Source: Deltaproteobacteria bacterium
GTDB taxonomy: Bacteria > Desulfobacterota > JADFVX01
Length of the DNA: 37,045 nt
Direction: 5' to 3'
Assembly: GCA_029860075.1 (NCBI GenBank)
Contig: JAOUBX010000044.1
Location: 1 to 37,045, forward strand
Shown: positions 27,705 to 37,045 of the stretch, one piece after another
Position numbering within the stretch: the stretch's first letter is position 1
Layout of the letters: each line of letters starts with the position of its first letter
The notes under the pieces: model-generated
The model's input: the letters and a program-made list of their open reading frames with translations, nothing else
Database searches by the model: none
What the model was told of the DNA's origin: nothing
Translations under genes and position numbers: made by a program

Positions 27705-29921
27705 ATGTATATATCTCCCCTTAAAAAGATAAAAATTGCCGAACTGGAAGACAGGCAAAGAAGAAGGAGAGATTTTTACATCCTCATAGGGACCATTTTG
27801 ACAATGGCGGGGCTGACATTTCTTGAAACCGCGCTGTACAAGCAGGGAGGTGAACTCCCCGTTGCCAACAATATCCTCATATTTGTCATTATTAATATTA
27901 ATGTCATCCTCCTTCTTCTCATTCTTTACCTCCTTGTAAGAAACCTGGTAAAGCTATTTTTTGAACGAAAAAGCCGGATTCTCGGTGCAAAACTCAAAAC
28001 CAAACTTGTTGCCGCCTTTGTATCTTTATCGCTTATACCAACGCTTCTTCTCTTCTCTTTTTCAGTTGCCTTCATTTCAAACAGTATTGAAGATTGGTTC
28101 AGCGCTCCCGTTGAAAAGACCCTTAAGGGGGCGGAACAGATATCGAGAAGTTTTAATAATGCCAAGGCTGACGAAGCTATTTACCATGCCAATCAGATAA
28201 GCAAGAAGATCAAGGAGCGAAAGCTCATTAATCAAAACAGGCTCAACTCTCTCAGGTGGTATCTCAAGGCCAAAGTTGTTGAGTACAGGCTGGGAAGTAT
28301 TGAAGTGTTTTCACCGCATCAAAAGGTTTTGGCCGCTGCCGTTCACCCCGACCTTTCTGCCGACCTTTTCTCCTTACCCGAGTCCTCTCTTATAAAAGAT
28401 GGATTAATGGGCAAAAAAACATCCGTCATTCAGACTGTAGGCAAAGGGGATATGATAAGGGGCGTTTCTCCCATTTATTCAACATGGAAAAAAGATGATA
28501 TTGTTGCCGTCGCTGTTGCCACCTATTACATTCCTTACAGGCTTGTTGCCAAAATGACCGATATCAGCAACTCCTACAAGGAGTACAGGCAGCTTAAAAT
28601 GGTCAAGTATCCCGTTAAAATGAATTATCTCATGACGCTGCTTATGGTGACGCTTGTCATTATTTTTACGGCAATCTGGTTCGGCCTTTACCTTGCAAAG
28701 GGGATTACCGTGCCTATTCAGGAACTGGCAGAAGGAACCAATGAGGTTGCCAACGGCAATCTTGACTTTAAGATCGACCTTGAGTCAGGCGATGAGGTGG
28801 GCACACTGGTGAGTTCTTTTAACAAGATGACGGAAGATATCAAAGTGAGCAAAAGGAGGCTCGAAAAGAGTAACCTCGACCTGGAAAACAGACGCCGGTA
28901 TATCGAGATCATTTTAAGAAGTGTGACGGCGGGCGTTATCTCTGTGGACAAGCTGGGTAAAATCAGTACCATTAACAGGTCTGCCGAAAAAATGGTTGGT
29001 GTTAGAGGGGAGGATATTTTAAACAGGAACTACAAGAAAGTGGTCGGCAAATATTATCAGGAAATGATAAAGAGTATGGTAAAGGCCGCTTTTGCCGCCG
29101 GTGGAACGATAGAAAGGGAAACCAAGCTGACACTTAAGGGAGAGAACGTGACTCTTCTTATCAGCCTGTCCATATTACGTGATGAAAGAAATAATTACCT
29201 TGGTATGGTTCTTGTTTTCGATGATCTGACGGAACTCATTAAGGGGCAGAGGGCTGCTACCTGGAGGGAAGTTGCCCGGCGCATTGCCCATGAGATAAAA
29301 AACCCCCTTACTCCCATACAGCTTTCGGCGCAAAGATTGCAAAAACGATTTGGGGACAAGGTTGATGACGAAATGGATATTTTTGGAGAGTGCACCTCAA
29401 CCATTATCAGCCAGGTTGATGAACTGAAGGCGCTTGTTAATGAGTTTTCCAGTTTTGCCCGCCTTCCCGCAGCGAATCCCGTTGCTACTCATATAGGAGA
29501 GATCATTAAAGAGGTCCTTTCCCTCTATCGTGAAGCCCATAAGGATGTTGATTTCAGAACCTTCATGCCCGACAATATTCCGCTTCTTAATCTCGATCAG
29601 AAGCAGATCAAACGGGTTTTTATTAACCTTCTTGAAAATGCTGTCGAGGCATTGAGGTTGGAAGGGGTTATTGAAATTTCGGCACGCCATAACGAGGAAG
29701 AGAGAAAAGTGGAGATTACCGTTGCCGATAATGGCGCAGGGATTTCTCTCCACGATAAAAACAGGCTCTTTGAACCTTATTTTTCAACCAAAAAAGGGGG
29801 AACCGGTCTGGGCCTCGCCATTATTGATACGATCATGAAAGATCATAAAGCCGCTATCAGGGTGAAGGATAATGTTCCAAGGGGTACGAAGTTTATGCTA
29901 GAATTTCCTGTAATGAGTTAA
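27705..29921 (+). CDS. ntrY: Membrane sensor histidine kinase, NtrY-like (TM region, HAMP, PAS, HisKA with HEIKNPLTPI, HATPase_c)
   Basis: 738 aa with N-terminal TM helices, an H-box RIAHEIKNPL, and N/G boxes (DNGAGI, GGTGLGLAI). It lies immediately upstream of a sigma54-dependent response regulator. The symbol is by architecture and synteny only. Confidence 0.75.
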   Translation: MYISPLKKIKIAELEDRQRRRRDFYILIGTILTMAGLTFLETALYKQGGELPVANNILIFVIININVILLLLILYLLVRNLVKLFFERKSRILGAKLKTKLVAAFVSLSLIPTLLLFSFSVAFISNSIEDWFSAPVEKTLKGAEQISRSFNNAKADEAIYHANQISKKIKERKLINQNRLNSLRWYLKAKVVEYRLGSIEVFSPHQKVLAAAVHPDLSADLFSLPESSLIKDGLMGKKTSVIQTVGKGDMIRGVSPIYSTWKKDDIVAVAVATYYIPYRLVAKMTDISNSYKEYRQLKMVKYPVKMNYLMTLLMVTLVIIFTAIWFGLYLAKGITVPIQELAEGTNEVANGNLDFKIDLESGDEVGTLVSSFNKMTEDIKVSKRRLEKSNLDLENRRRYIEIILRSVTAGVISVDKLGKISTINRSAEKMVGVRGEDILNRNYKKVVGKYYQEMIKSMVKAAFAAGGTIERETKLTLKGENVTLLISLSILRDERNNYLGMVLVFDDLTELIKGQRAATWREVARRIAHEIKNPLTPIQLSAQRLQKRFGDKVDDEMDIFGECTSTIISQVDELKALVNEFSSFARLPAANPVATHIGEIIKEVLSLYREAHKDVDFRTFMPDNIPLLNLDQKQIKRVFINLLENAVEALRLEGVIEISARHNEEERKVEITVADNGAGISLHDKNRLFEPYFSTKKGGTGLGLAIIDTIMKDHKAAIRVKDNVPRGTKFMLEFPVMS

Positions 29922-29933
29922 AGGGAGAATGCA

Positions 29934-31286
29934 TTGAATTGCAATATATTGATTGTCGATGATGAAGAGAGTATAAGAAGCACCCTTTCGGGAGTTCTGA
30001 AAGACGAAGGCTTTGATGTAATTCTTGCCGAAGACGGTGAAAAAGGATTCGATATGGCAAAGGAGGAAGGGCCCGATCTCGTTCTCCTCGATATCTGGAT
30101 GCCCGGTATTGATGGTATGGAAACGCTAAAAAAGATAAAGAGTGAACTTCCCCACCTTCAGGTCATTATGATGTCGGGCCACGGTACTATCGAAACCGCT
30201 GTTCAGGCGACGAAACTGGGGGCCTATGATTTTATTGAAAAGCCGCTTTCTCTCGATAAATTGCTTTTGTGCATTAATAATGCGCTTAGCCTGCACCGTC
30301 TTGAGGAAGAGAATAAGCGACTGAAAGAAAAATTTGGCGGCTGGCGTGAAATGGTTGGTGAAAGTGTGGCCATGAAGAAGCTTAAAGAGCAGATAGCTAC
30401 CGTGGCGCCTTCCAATGCCTGGGTGCTTATTACCGGTGAAAACGGGACAGGCAAGGAGCTTGTTGCAAATCTCCTGCATCTCAAAAGCAAGCGATCTGAC
30501 GCGCCTTTTGTTGATGTCAATTGTGCCGCCATTCCTGAAGAACTCATTGAGAGTGAGCTTTTCGGACATGAAAAAGGCGCTTTTACGGGGGCCGTTTCGA
30601 GTAAAAGAGGCAAGTTTGATCTTGCCAACGGCGGGACGCTTTTTCTTGATGAGATTGCTGATATGAGTCTTAAAACGCAGGCCAAAATATTGAGAATTCT
30701 TCAGGAACAGCGCTTTGAAAGGGTGGGAGGCAGCAAAAGTATCAAGGTTGATGTACGGGTCGTTGCAGCCACCAATAAAGACCTTTTGCAGGAGATCAAG
30801 GAAGGCAGTTTCAGGGAAGATCTTTATTACCGGCTCAATGTTATCCCATTCGAAGTACCGCCTCTCAGAGAGAGAGAGCAAGACATTGAACTCCTTGTTA
30901 AAAAGTTTGTAAATCTCTATTCCAAGGACATGGGTGGGCCTGCAAAGCGTTTCCATGATGAGGCCATTGAAGGATTAAAGCAATATCACTGGCCCGGCAA
31001 TGTACGAGAGCTCAAGAATCTCGTTGAAAGACTGGTTATCATGACACGCGGCTCTGTTATAAAAAAGTCAGATCTTCCACCCTATATTCCGGGGAAAGAG
31101 CTTAAAGGACCTGACTTTGAAAGCTTTGGCAGCTTAAAAGATGCAAGGAACGCCTTTGAAAAGGCTTTTATTGCAGAAAAGCTGGCTGAAAATAATGGAA
31201 ATATAACTAAAACAGCAGAGGCTATAGGGCTTGAAAGGAGCAACCTGCATAAAAAAATCAAAATGTATGAGTTGGAAGTGGATTAA
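29934..31286 (+). CDS. ntrX: Sigma54-dependent response regulator (receiver + AAA+ sigma54-activator + Fis-type HTH), NtrX/NtrC-like
   Basis: 450 aa with a receiver domain (ILIVDDE..., DLVLLDIWMPG), Walker A GENGTGKE, GAFTGA at 30574-30591 and a C-terminal HTH. The symbol is tentative. Confidence 0.8.
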   Translation: MNCNILIVDDEESIRSTLSGVLKDEGFDVILAEDGEKGFDMAKEEGPDLVLLDIWMPGIDGMETLKKIKSELPHLQVIMMSGHGTIETAVQATKLGAYDFIEKPLSLDKLLLCINNALSLHRLEEENKRLKEKFGGWREMVGESVAMKKLKEQIATVAPSNAWVLITGENGTGKELVANLLHLKSKRSDAPFVDVNCAAIPEELIESELFGHEKGAFTGAVSSKRGKFDLANGGTLFLDEIADMSLKTQAKILRILQEQRFERVGGSKSIKVDVRVVAATNKDLLQEIKEGSFREDLYYRLNVIPFEVPPLREREQDIELLVKKFVNLYSKDMGGPAKRFHDEAIEGLKQYHWPGNVRELKNLVERLVIMTRGSVIKKSDLPPYIPGKELKGPDFESFGSLKDARNAFEKAFIAEKLAENNGNITKTAEAIGLERSNLHKKIKMYELEVD

Positions 31287-31287
31287 T

Positions 31288-31785
31288 ATGGCTGGTGTTT
31301 TAGCAAGAAGATATGCCCTTTTTCCCCTCCTTTTGTTTCTTCTTGTTTCTTGTGGAAAAGGGGGCTCTGTTGTAGGTAAGGAAGCGCCACCCTTTAAGTT
31401 GGACCTTCTTGAAGGAGGGCAGATCGGTATAAGCGATTTAAGAGGCAAGCCTGTTATTCTCTATTTTTTTGCAAGCTGGTGATGGCGCTGCAAGGATGAG
31501 ATTCCCCTGGTCAAGGGGGCATACAGTAAATACAAGGAAAAAGGGCTCACTATCATCGGTATCGGTATCCAGGATAAAAAAGAGAAAATAGCCGATTATG
31601 TAAAGGAGAAAAAACTGGAATGGCCCGTGGGTTTTGACAAAGGAGATCTTATTGCCAGAACTTATGGTATAACTTTTGGCGCCGGTGTCGTGTTTATTGA
31701 TTCCTCCGGTATTGTGCAGGGTCGCTTTCTGGGTGGCTTTGGCAATAAAGAACTGGAAAAAGAGATTGGGAAAATAGTTAAATAA
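31288..31785 (+). CDS. TlpA/ResA-like thiol:disulfide oxidoreductase lipoprotein with in-frame UGA (candidate selenocysteine) replacing the first Cys of the CxxC motif
   Basis: Lipoprotein signal peptide (LLFLLVSC). The sequence reads ...GKPVILYFFASW-[TGA at 31480-31482]-WRCKDEIPLV..., and the ORF continues in frame for 100 more codons with canonical TlpA-family sequence to the TAA at 31783-31785. The stop falls exactly where W-C-x-x-C is expected. A hairpin CCCCU-GGUCAA-GGGGG lies 22 nt downstream (31504-31519). Confidence 0.7.
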
Positions 31786-32111
31786 AGAGAGTTTCTTTTG
31801 AGTCGATTTAATGCTAACCCCCTGTTTTATTTAAACAGTAGCCGCTGTTAAGGAACTGAAAATCATTCTTGACAGTGTGGAAATGATGGTATATCATCTT
31901 TTATGAGAAGATGGGCAAAATCAGAGATTTACCTGTTTTTTTAATACGATAGGCTGGCAGGTTAAGTAGTTCAGGAAGTCGGTTGTCACACTGGGATGGA
32001 AGAGAAAAACAACGGCAGGGCGCTCCTTTCCGTATGGGGGTTTCGAACCATCGTAAGTGCTCCACATGGGTCGGAAGTACCCAGAGTTTTTAGGAAAGGA
32101 GGTAAAACGCT

Positions 32112-32315
32112 ATGGCAAAAGGAACGGTTAAGTGGTTTAACGAGCAAAAGGGCTTTGGATTTATTGAGCAGGAAGATGGACCAGATGTTTTTGTACATTT
32201 CAGCGCCATCCAGAGCGAGGGTTTTAAAACCCTTCATGAGGGACAGGCTGTAGAGTTCGAGGTAGTTGAAGGCCCCAAGGGAGCCCAGGCTGCAAATGTA
32301 GTTGCTGCTAACTAA
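32112..32315 (+). CDS. cspA: Cold-shock protein (CspA family)
   Basis: 67 aa ([33 protein letters not shown]) with RNP1/RNP2 motifs and a ~120-nt 5' UTR. Confidence 0.95.
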   Translation: MAKGTVKWFNEQKGFGFIEQEDGPDVFVHFSAIQSEGFKTLHEGQAVEFEVVEGPKGAQAANVVAAN

Positions 32316-32342
32316 GAACTTTTCATATTGATTTTTACTAAA

Positions 32343-32369
32343 GCGGGCTTATTGAAGCCCGCTTTTTTT
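32343..32369 (+). terminator. Rho-independent terminator of the csp gene (followed by a second perfect hairpin at 32372-32392)
   Basis: gcgggcttattgaagcccgc followed by TTTTTTT, then gcctgca-ttttga-tgcaggc as a tandem second hairpin. Confidence 0.8.
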
Positions 32370-32428
32370 ACGCCTGCATTTTTGATGCAGGCTAAAAAAG
32401 CATTCCTTAATAAACCCGTATGAGTTAA

Positions 32429-33088
32429 TTGTTTAATCCTCAGATCATATACTGTGATAATCACCTCTTTGTCCTTAATAAACCGGCCGGCCTTCTGGTG
32501 CAGGGTGACAGGAGTGGTGATCTTTCTCTCCTCGATCTGGCAAGGGCTTATATTAAAGAAAAGTACAATAAGCCTGGAAATGTTTATCTCGGTCTTGTTC
32601 ATCGACTGGACAGGCCCGTTTCAGGTGTCGTTGTTCTTGCCCGTACGTCAAAAGCCGCCGCCCGCCTCTCTCAGCAATTTAAAAGCAGAAAGGTTACCAA
32701 GATCTACCACGCTATGGTTGAGGGGAAAGTGGCCAAAGAGGGCAGGTGGTTTGATAATATCGTTCGAAATGGTGTTACCAGTCGCGTAACGGAGCAGGAG
32801 GAGGGCCTTCCGGCGGAACTGACTTTTTGCAGGTTAAATTATTTTGACGGCATTTCTCACGTAGAGATTGATCTCGCCACGGGGAGGCATCACCAGATTA
32901 GAGTGCAGTTTGCATCCAGGGGCTATCCTGTTCTTGGAGATTTCAGGTATGGTTCCAGAGTAAAATTTGGTGATAAAGCGCTTGCTCTGCATGCCAGGAT
33001 CTTAAGCCTTACCCATCCCACAAAAGAGGAAAAGATGACATTTACAGCGGAGTACCCCGAAAGCTGGCGTTCTTATGGTGATCTTTGA
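32429..33088 (+). CDS. RluA-family pseudouridine synthase
   Basis: 219 aa with the catalytic motif HRLDRPVSGVVVLARTS typical of the RluA/RluC/RluD family. Confidence 0.85.
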   Translation: MFNPQIIYCDNHLFVLNKPAGLLVQGDRSGDLSLLDLARAYIKEKYNKPGNVYLGLVHRLDRPVSGVVVLARTSKAAARLSQQFKSRKVTKIYHAMVEGKVAKEGRWFDNIVRNGVTSRVTEQEEGLPAELTFCRLNYFDGISHVEIDLATGRHHQIRVQFASRGYPVLGDFRYGSRVKFGDKALALHARILSLTHPTKEEKMTFTAEYPESWRSYGDL

Positions 33089-33203
33089 TTTTGTATGCTT
33101 AACCTTTGCGCTCTTGTTATTCCTTCCTCTGAAAGAATATAAAAACGTTGTAATTTCCCTGCGCTTTTTGTACTATCCATCATGTTTGATCTCAAATTTT
33201 AAA

Positions 33204-33225
33204 CTAGGAGCCTGTCGGACTTAGG
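33204..33225. repeat. 22-bp inverted repeat arm (partner 33349..33370) flanking a 123-bp AT-rich spacer immediately upstream of the aldolase gene
   Basis: ctaggagcctgtcggacttagg versus the revcomp of 33349..33370 (ctaggagtctgtcggacttagg): 21/22 identities. Confidence 0.85.
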
Positions 33226-33348
33226 GCAAATATACTGCGAAAAAGCTATTTTGGCCAGATTTCCCGATTAAATTCGTTAAATATGTTCAATATTCGCCTC
33301 ATTTAATCAAAAAATCTGACTCAAAATGGCTTTTTCTCGCTACAATTT

Positions 33349-33370
33349 CCTAAGTCCGACAGACTCCTAG
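33349..33370. repeat. 22-bp inverted repeat arm (partner 33204..33225)
   Basis: cctaagtccgacagactcctag. It ends 31 nt before the aldolase ATG. Confidence 0.85.
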
Positions 33371-33401
33371 AAATTTCTTAATAAACAAGGAGGTTCTCAT
33401 C

Positions 33402-34283
33402 ATGAGAAATGCTTTTGATTACCAGGTGGAGTGGAGCGGCTTAAAAAACAGGATGGCACAGATGTTTAATCCTCAGTCGGGGCGTACCGTATTGCTTGCC
33501 GTAGACCACGGTTATTTCCAGGGGGCGCCGGCAGGGCTTATTAACCTGAGGGAAACCCTCAATCCTCTTCTACCCTACTGTGATGCCGTGAGCCCTACCA
33601 TTGGCGGATTAAAAACCAGTATGGATCCCACTTGCAGGACGCCTGTTATCCTGAGGGCCACCGGTGGAAACAGCATGAGAAGGTCCGATGAACTGGATGA
33701 TGAAATTGTTACCGTTTCTGCGGAAGAAATGGTGAGGATGAATGCCATCGGATTTACCGTTTCATGTTATATCGGCCTGCCCCACCAGTCTCAAACGATA
33801 GAAAGCCTGACAGCGCTTACTGAAGAAGCCCACAGATATGGGCTTGTCTCTATAGGTATTACAGCTGTCGGAGCCGATCCTGTGCTTACCAGGTTTGTTA
33901 AGGGTGAGCGGGAAGATGGAGGCGAGTTGACTGAAGAGGACAAGAAAGAAGCGCTCAGGTATCTCAAACATGCCTGCAGGGTTGTTTCGGAAAATGGCGC
34001 CGATATTGTAAAGACTTACTACTGTGATGGTTTTGAAGAGGTTGTAGAGGCCTGTCTTTCGCCCATTGTCATAGCAGGTGGGACGAAAAGACCCACAAGA
34101 GAAGCGCTGGAATTTACTTACAATGCGATCAAGGCAGGGGCAGTCGGTGTCGATATGGGAAGAAACATTTTTCAAAATGAAAATCCTGTGGCAATGATCC
34201 GTGCCGTTCGTTCCGTTGTGCATGAAGGAAAAAGTGTGGACCAAGCTTATGATCTCTACCAGAAAGTAAGTAAAGAGGGTTAA
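33402..34283 (+). CDS. DhnA/LsrF-type class I aldolase (DeoC/FbaB family; possibly AroA'-like 2-amino-3,7-dideoxy-D-threo-hept-6-ulosonate synthase)
   Basis: 293 aa with LAVDHGYFQGAP and the conserved Lys region (DIVKTYY, VIAGG) typical of DhnA-type aldolases. The exact substrate cannot be assigned from sequence. Confidence 0.7.
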   Translation: MRNAFDYQVEWSGLKNRMAQMFNPQSGRTVLLAVDHGYFQGAPAGLINLRETLNPLLPYCDAVSPTIGGLKTSMDPTCRTPVILRATGGNSMRRSDELDDEIVTVSAEEMVRMNAIGFTVSCYIGLPHQSQTIESLTALTEEAHRYGLVSIGITAVGADPVLTRFVKGEREDGGELTEEDKKEALRYLKHACRVVSENGADIVKTYYCDGFEEVVEACLSPIVIAGGTKRPTREALEFTYNAIKAGAVGVDMGRNIFQNENPVAMIRAVRSVVHEGKSVDQAYDLYQKVSKEG

Positions 34284-34296
34284 AGGGAAATTAGTT

Positions 34297-35322
34297 GTGA
34301 AAACAGGAATGTATTACAGCAACAGCGATGTACGGATTGAAGAAATACCTCTCCCGCAAGTGGGAGATGGGGATGTGCTCGTCAAGGTAAGGGCCAGTGG
34401 TATTTGCGGCAGTGACCTCATGGAGTGGTATCGTATCAAGCGTGCGCCGCTGGTCCTTGGGCATGAAGTGACAGGTGATATTGTCCGGATCGGCAAAGAT
34501 GTTAAAAACTGTAAGCCCGGAGACAGGGTTTTCGCCATTCATCATGTCCCCTGTGATGAATGTCCCGAATGCCTGAAAGATCACCATACGGCCTGTGAAG
34601 TTTTGCAGAAAGTGAATAATTTTAATCCCGGCGGTTTTTCAGAATATCTCCTGGTAAGCGGCAGGAGTGTTCAAACAGGATTGATGGTTTTGCCCGAAGA
34701 GATGAGTTATGAAGAGGGGACATTTATTGAGCCCCTTGGCACGATCTTGCGTGGGCAAAGGATGGCTGGCACATTACCGGGTGATACGGTAGTTATTGTT
34801 GGAAGCGGCCTGTCAGGACTTCTTCATATCAAAGCGGCAAAGGCAATGGGGGCAGGGAATATTATTGCCGTCGATATTGAGGAGAACAGGCTTGCCGCTG
34901 CCCGTAATTTTGGCGCTGACCATACGGTTAATGCAAAGGCAGATGTTAAACAATTTGTGAAAGATAATAACGGCGGGCGGCTGGCCGATCGTGTTATTAT
35001 TTGTGCCGGTGCACTCGATGCGGCAATTCAGGCCCTTGGATTGATAGGAAAAGGAGGGACCCTTCTCTTTTTTGCCGTGCCTAAACCGGGGGAAGAGATA
35101 AGTATCGACTTTAATCCTTTTTGGAGAGATGATATATCGATAAAAACTAGCTACGGCTCATCCCCATTCGATCATACCCAGGCAATGGAGTTCATCCGTA
35201 ACGGCAGTATTATCGTTTCCGATATGGTAAGCCACCGTTTCCCTCTTGATGAAATCCAGGATGCCTTTAATATGGCGGCGGACGGTAAAGAGTGTCTCAA
35301 GGTTATTATCAGTTTGCCTTAA
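34297..35322 (+). CDS. Zinc-dependent medium-chain dehydrogenase/reductase (threonine/sorbitol dehydrogenase-like)
   Basis: Catalytic Zn motif GICGSDL and GHEVTGDIV, structural Zn Cys cluster CDECPEC, and Rossmann motif GSGLSG. Confidence 0.85.
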   Translation: MKTGMYYSNSDVRIEEIPLPQVGDGDVLVKVRASGICGSDLMEWYRIKRAPLVLGHEVTGDIVRIGKDVKNCKPGDRVFAIHHVPCDECPECLKDHHTACEVLQKVNNFNPGGFSEYLLVSGRSVQTGLMVLPEEMSYEEGTFIEPLGTILRGQRMAGTLPGDTVVIVGSGLSGLLHIKAAKAMGAGNIIAVDIEENRLAAARNFGADHTVNAKADVKQFVKDNNGGRLADRVIICAGALDAAIQALGLIGKGGTLLFFAVPKPGEEISIDFNPFWRDDISIKTSYGSSPFDHTQAMEFIRNGSIIVSDMVSHRFPLDEIQDAFNMAADGKECLKVIISLP

Positions 35323-35379
35323 GATAGTGGTGAATATTATCCTGGAAGGGGCAGTTGGATCGTGGTTTCCAGGTTTATA

Positions 35380-36030
35380 TTAAAACTCTTTCCTTACCCT
35401 TTCAACGAGAATGTCCACAGGGACGGTGAGGACGCTAAAGTTATACTTCCATACACCCTTTCTGTCGAGCATGACAATAGCATTGGTATGGCCGAATGAT
35501 CCGTCTTCATTTTTCTCGTAAAAGAACCTGAATCCCTTGAGGACCTTATCTACTTCCGATTTTTCACCTGTGAGAAAGGACCAGTATTCGGGATTGGCAT
35601 TGATAGAGGCGGCATGCTTTTTAAGTACTTCCGGCGTATCACGTTCGGGATCCATCGTTATTGAGATGAGTCTGAGCCCCTTTTTAATTTCTGACTGCAT
35701 TTCTTTCTCAATGTCCATAAATTTATGAGTCATAATGGGACAGCTTTCCTTGCAGTTTGTGTAAATGAAATTGAAAAGAACAACCTTTCCCTTCAGGTCT
35801 TCATTGGTAACAATTTTACCGTCCTGGTTCGTTAAGTTAATCGTGGGCGCCGTTTCTTCAAACTGGACAATCCTTCCATTTTCATAGATTTGGGCAGTTT
35901 TTTTCTTTTCAGCTTTTTTCGTCGTGTGCTGTTCATGAGATGAGTGATCTTCATGCCCTTTTTCGGAACAACCGGCAAATATAATAAGGGCTGCCATTAT
36001 AAGAAGAGTTATTTGTTTCATAATATTCAT
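35380..36030 (-). CDS. SCO1/SenC-family copper chaperone (thioredoxin-like lipoprotein) with a His-rich N-terminal tail
   Basis: Lipobox AGCS, His-rich region HEDHSSHEQH, the SCO motif CKESCP (CxxxCP) and a conserved downstream His. Confidence 0.8.
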   Translation of the reverse strand: MNIMKQITLLIMAALIIFAGCSEKGHEDHSSHEQHTTKKAEKKKTAQIYENGRIVQFEETAPTINLTNQDGKIVTNEDLKGKVVLFNFIYTNCKESCPIMTHKFMDIEKEMQSEIKKGLRLISITMDPERDTPEVLKKHAASINANPEYWSFLTGEKSEVDKVLKGFRFFYEKNEDGSFGHTNAIVMLDRKGVWKYNFSVLTVPVDILVERVRKEF

Positions 36031-36563
36031 TATTCCTCCATTTTGTTAAATCGGTGAAGATGGATTTTACTCTACCGGCTAAAGTTTTTCAAGGTAAATG
36101 GGCGGAGTGGGGGATAGAGTAGTCCTATTGATAGATTATAGAAATCTTGATTTTCAGGGTAGAGAATAAGCTTTATTCAAATCCTGCTTGCAAAAGCAAC
36201 ATACTTTTCTTTACCGCTAAAGAAAAGTATGCAAAAGAAAGCCGCCCTACAATGCCGATCCCGCCGCTGGCGTGACTCCCCTCGCTCTGGCATTAGCTGT
36301 GGCGGGTTTATGCCCGGAACCGGATAAGTGCCTTTACGAAATAAAAATTATTTCTAAGTTACTAAAACTCGCTGCGCTCAGACAGAATAACCCCTTTTCT
36401 TCCACAGCTAATGCCTCCGCTCGGCTGCATTGAATGGGAATAGAAAAAAATATAAATCTTTTAATAATTCCTCCCCTTGCCAAGGGTTTATGCCCCTAGA
36501 GGGTAGAGGTTAGGAGGGGTCTATTTACCCAATTAATTAACTGCGATCCAAATAATGAAAGGA

Positions 36564-37045
36564 TTAATCTCTCGGCACAGCAAGCATCCTGTCAAGTGCT
36601 CTCTTGGCGGGAACCCTGATCTCCTCGGGTACTTTAACGATATTCTTCATCTCTTTAAGTGACTCATAAATATCCTCAAGCGTAGTAAGCTTCATATTGG
36701 GGCAGACAAGAACCTCTGAGGGGAGTATAAACTCTTTGTCGGGATTTTCCTTTTTCAGACGGTATAAGATTCCATTTTCAGTAGCGACAATAATTTTTTT
36801 AGCGTCACTCTTTCCGGCATATTCATACATACCCGATGTGCTGCAAATATGATCAGCCAGGTCGAGGATTTCCGGAGCACATTCGGGGTGAGCCATAAAG
36901 ACGGCATCAGGGTGTTGCTCCTTGGCTTTTACAACCTCTTCAGGTTTTAAAAGGTGATGGGTGGCGCAGAAACCTTTCCAGTACAGTACTTCCTTTTCGG
37001 GAAGAAACTTGGCTACATACTGGGCAAGGTTCTGGTCAGGCGTCA
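36564..37045 (-). CDS. nadA: Quinolinate synthase NadA, 5'-truncated by the window edge
   Basis: Extending the 110-aa ORF upstream in frame gives an open frame to the window end (...[53 protein letters not shown]...). This matches the NadA C-terminal half (AHPEC, ADxxGST). Confidence 0.85.
   Translation of the reverse strand, partial: TPDQNLAQYVAKFLPEKEVLYWKGFCATHHLLKPEEVVKAKEQHPDAVFMAHPECAPEILDLADHICSTSGMYEYAGKSDAKKIIVATENGILYRLKKENPDKEFILPSEVLVCPNMKLTTLEDIYESLKEMKNIVKVPEEIRVPAKRALDRMLAVPRD

Noticed and set aside
1-37045. CRISPR arrays, rRNA or canonical tRNA genes, transposase or integrase genes
   Set aside because: No short regularly spaced direct repeats, rRNA-like segments or recombinase ORFs were found. 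The only tRNA-like sequence is the atypical element at 3993-4343.

Overview
This is a 37-kb bacterial chromosomal window with about 45% GC, many sigma54-linked regulators and an in-frame UGA selenoprotein candidate. That combination is reminiscent of a Desulfobacterota-like anaerobe, but this is inference only.

**Main feature (about 167-7950): a divergent RNA-repair locus.**
- The RtcR-controlled minus-strand operon (167-4492) is: sigma54 promoter, an 870-nt structured leader, a cytoplasmic SPFH/slipin-like gene, rtcA, then rtcB.
- The leader holds a tRNA-mimic element. It has a canonical D-arm, anticodon stem, variable loop and T-arm. Its anticodon loop carries a ~267-nt insertion closed by a 32-bp near-perfect helix (4035..4066 with 4270..4301).
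- The plus-strand unit (4635-7950) is rtcR (CARF plus sigma54 AAA+ activator) followed by two tandem pol-beta-superfamily nucleotidyltransferases (RlaP-like).
- No Ro60/Rsr gene is present. This looks like a variant of the Rsr-Y RNA-RtcBA RNA-repair/conflict module and is the best candidate for an undescribed system.

**Second candidate: an R-M-like defence pair.** A 1054-aa gamma-class N6-adenine DNA methyltransferase (DPACGSG, NPPW) is translationally coupled to a 222-aa protein with a PD-x23-ECK nuclease-like motif. The pair sits next to an orphan copy of the aconitase 3' end.

**Other notable observations:**
- ~555-bp diverged direct repeats of the acnB 3' end plus terminator flank a 2.2-kb two-gene cassette (REC-PilZ response regulator and RDD membrane protein).
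- A TlpA-like lipoprotein has UGA in place of the first Cys of its CxxC motif, making it a selenoprotein candidate.
- An outer-membrane beta-barrel gene is split by an in-frame TAA.
- A TetR gene overlaps the start of an RPH-like PEP-utilising kinase.

**Housekeeping genes:** acnB, rho, an ntrYX-like two-component pair, cspA, an rluA-family synthase, a DhnA-type aldolase, a Zn-ADH, an SCO1/SenC protein, a 5'-truncated nadA, and a PLD-family protein.
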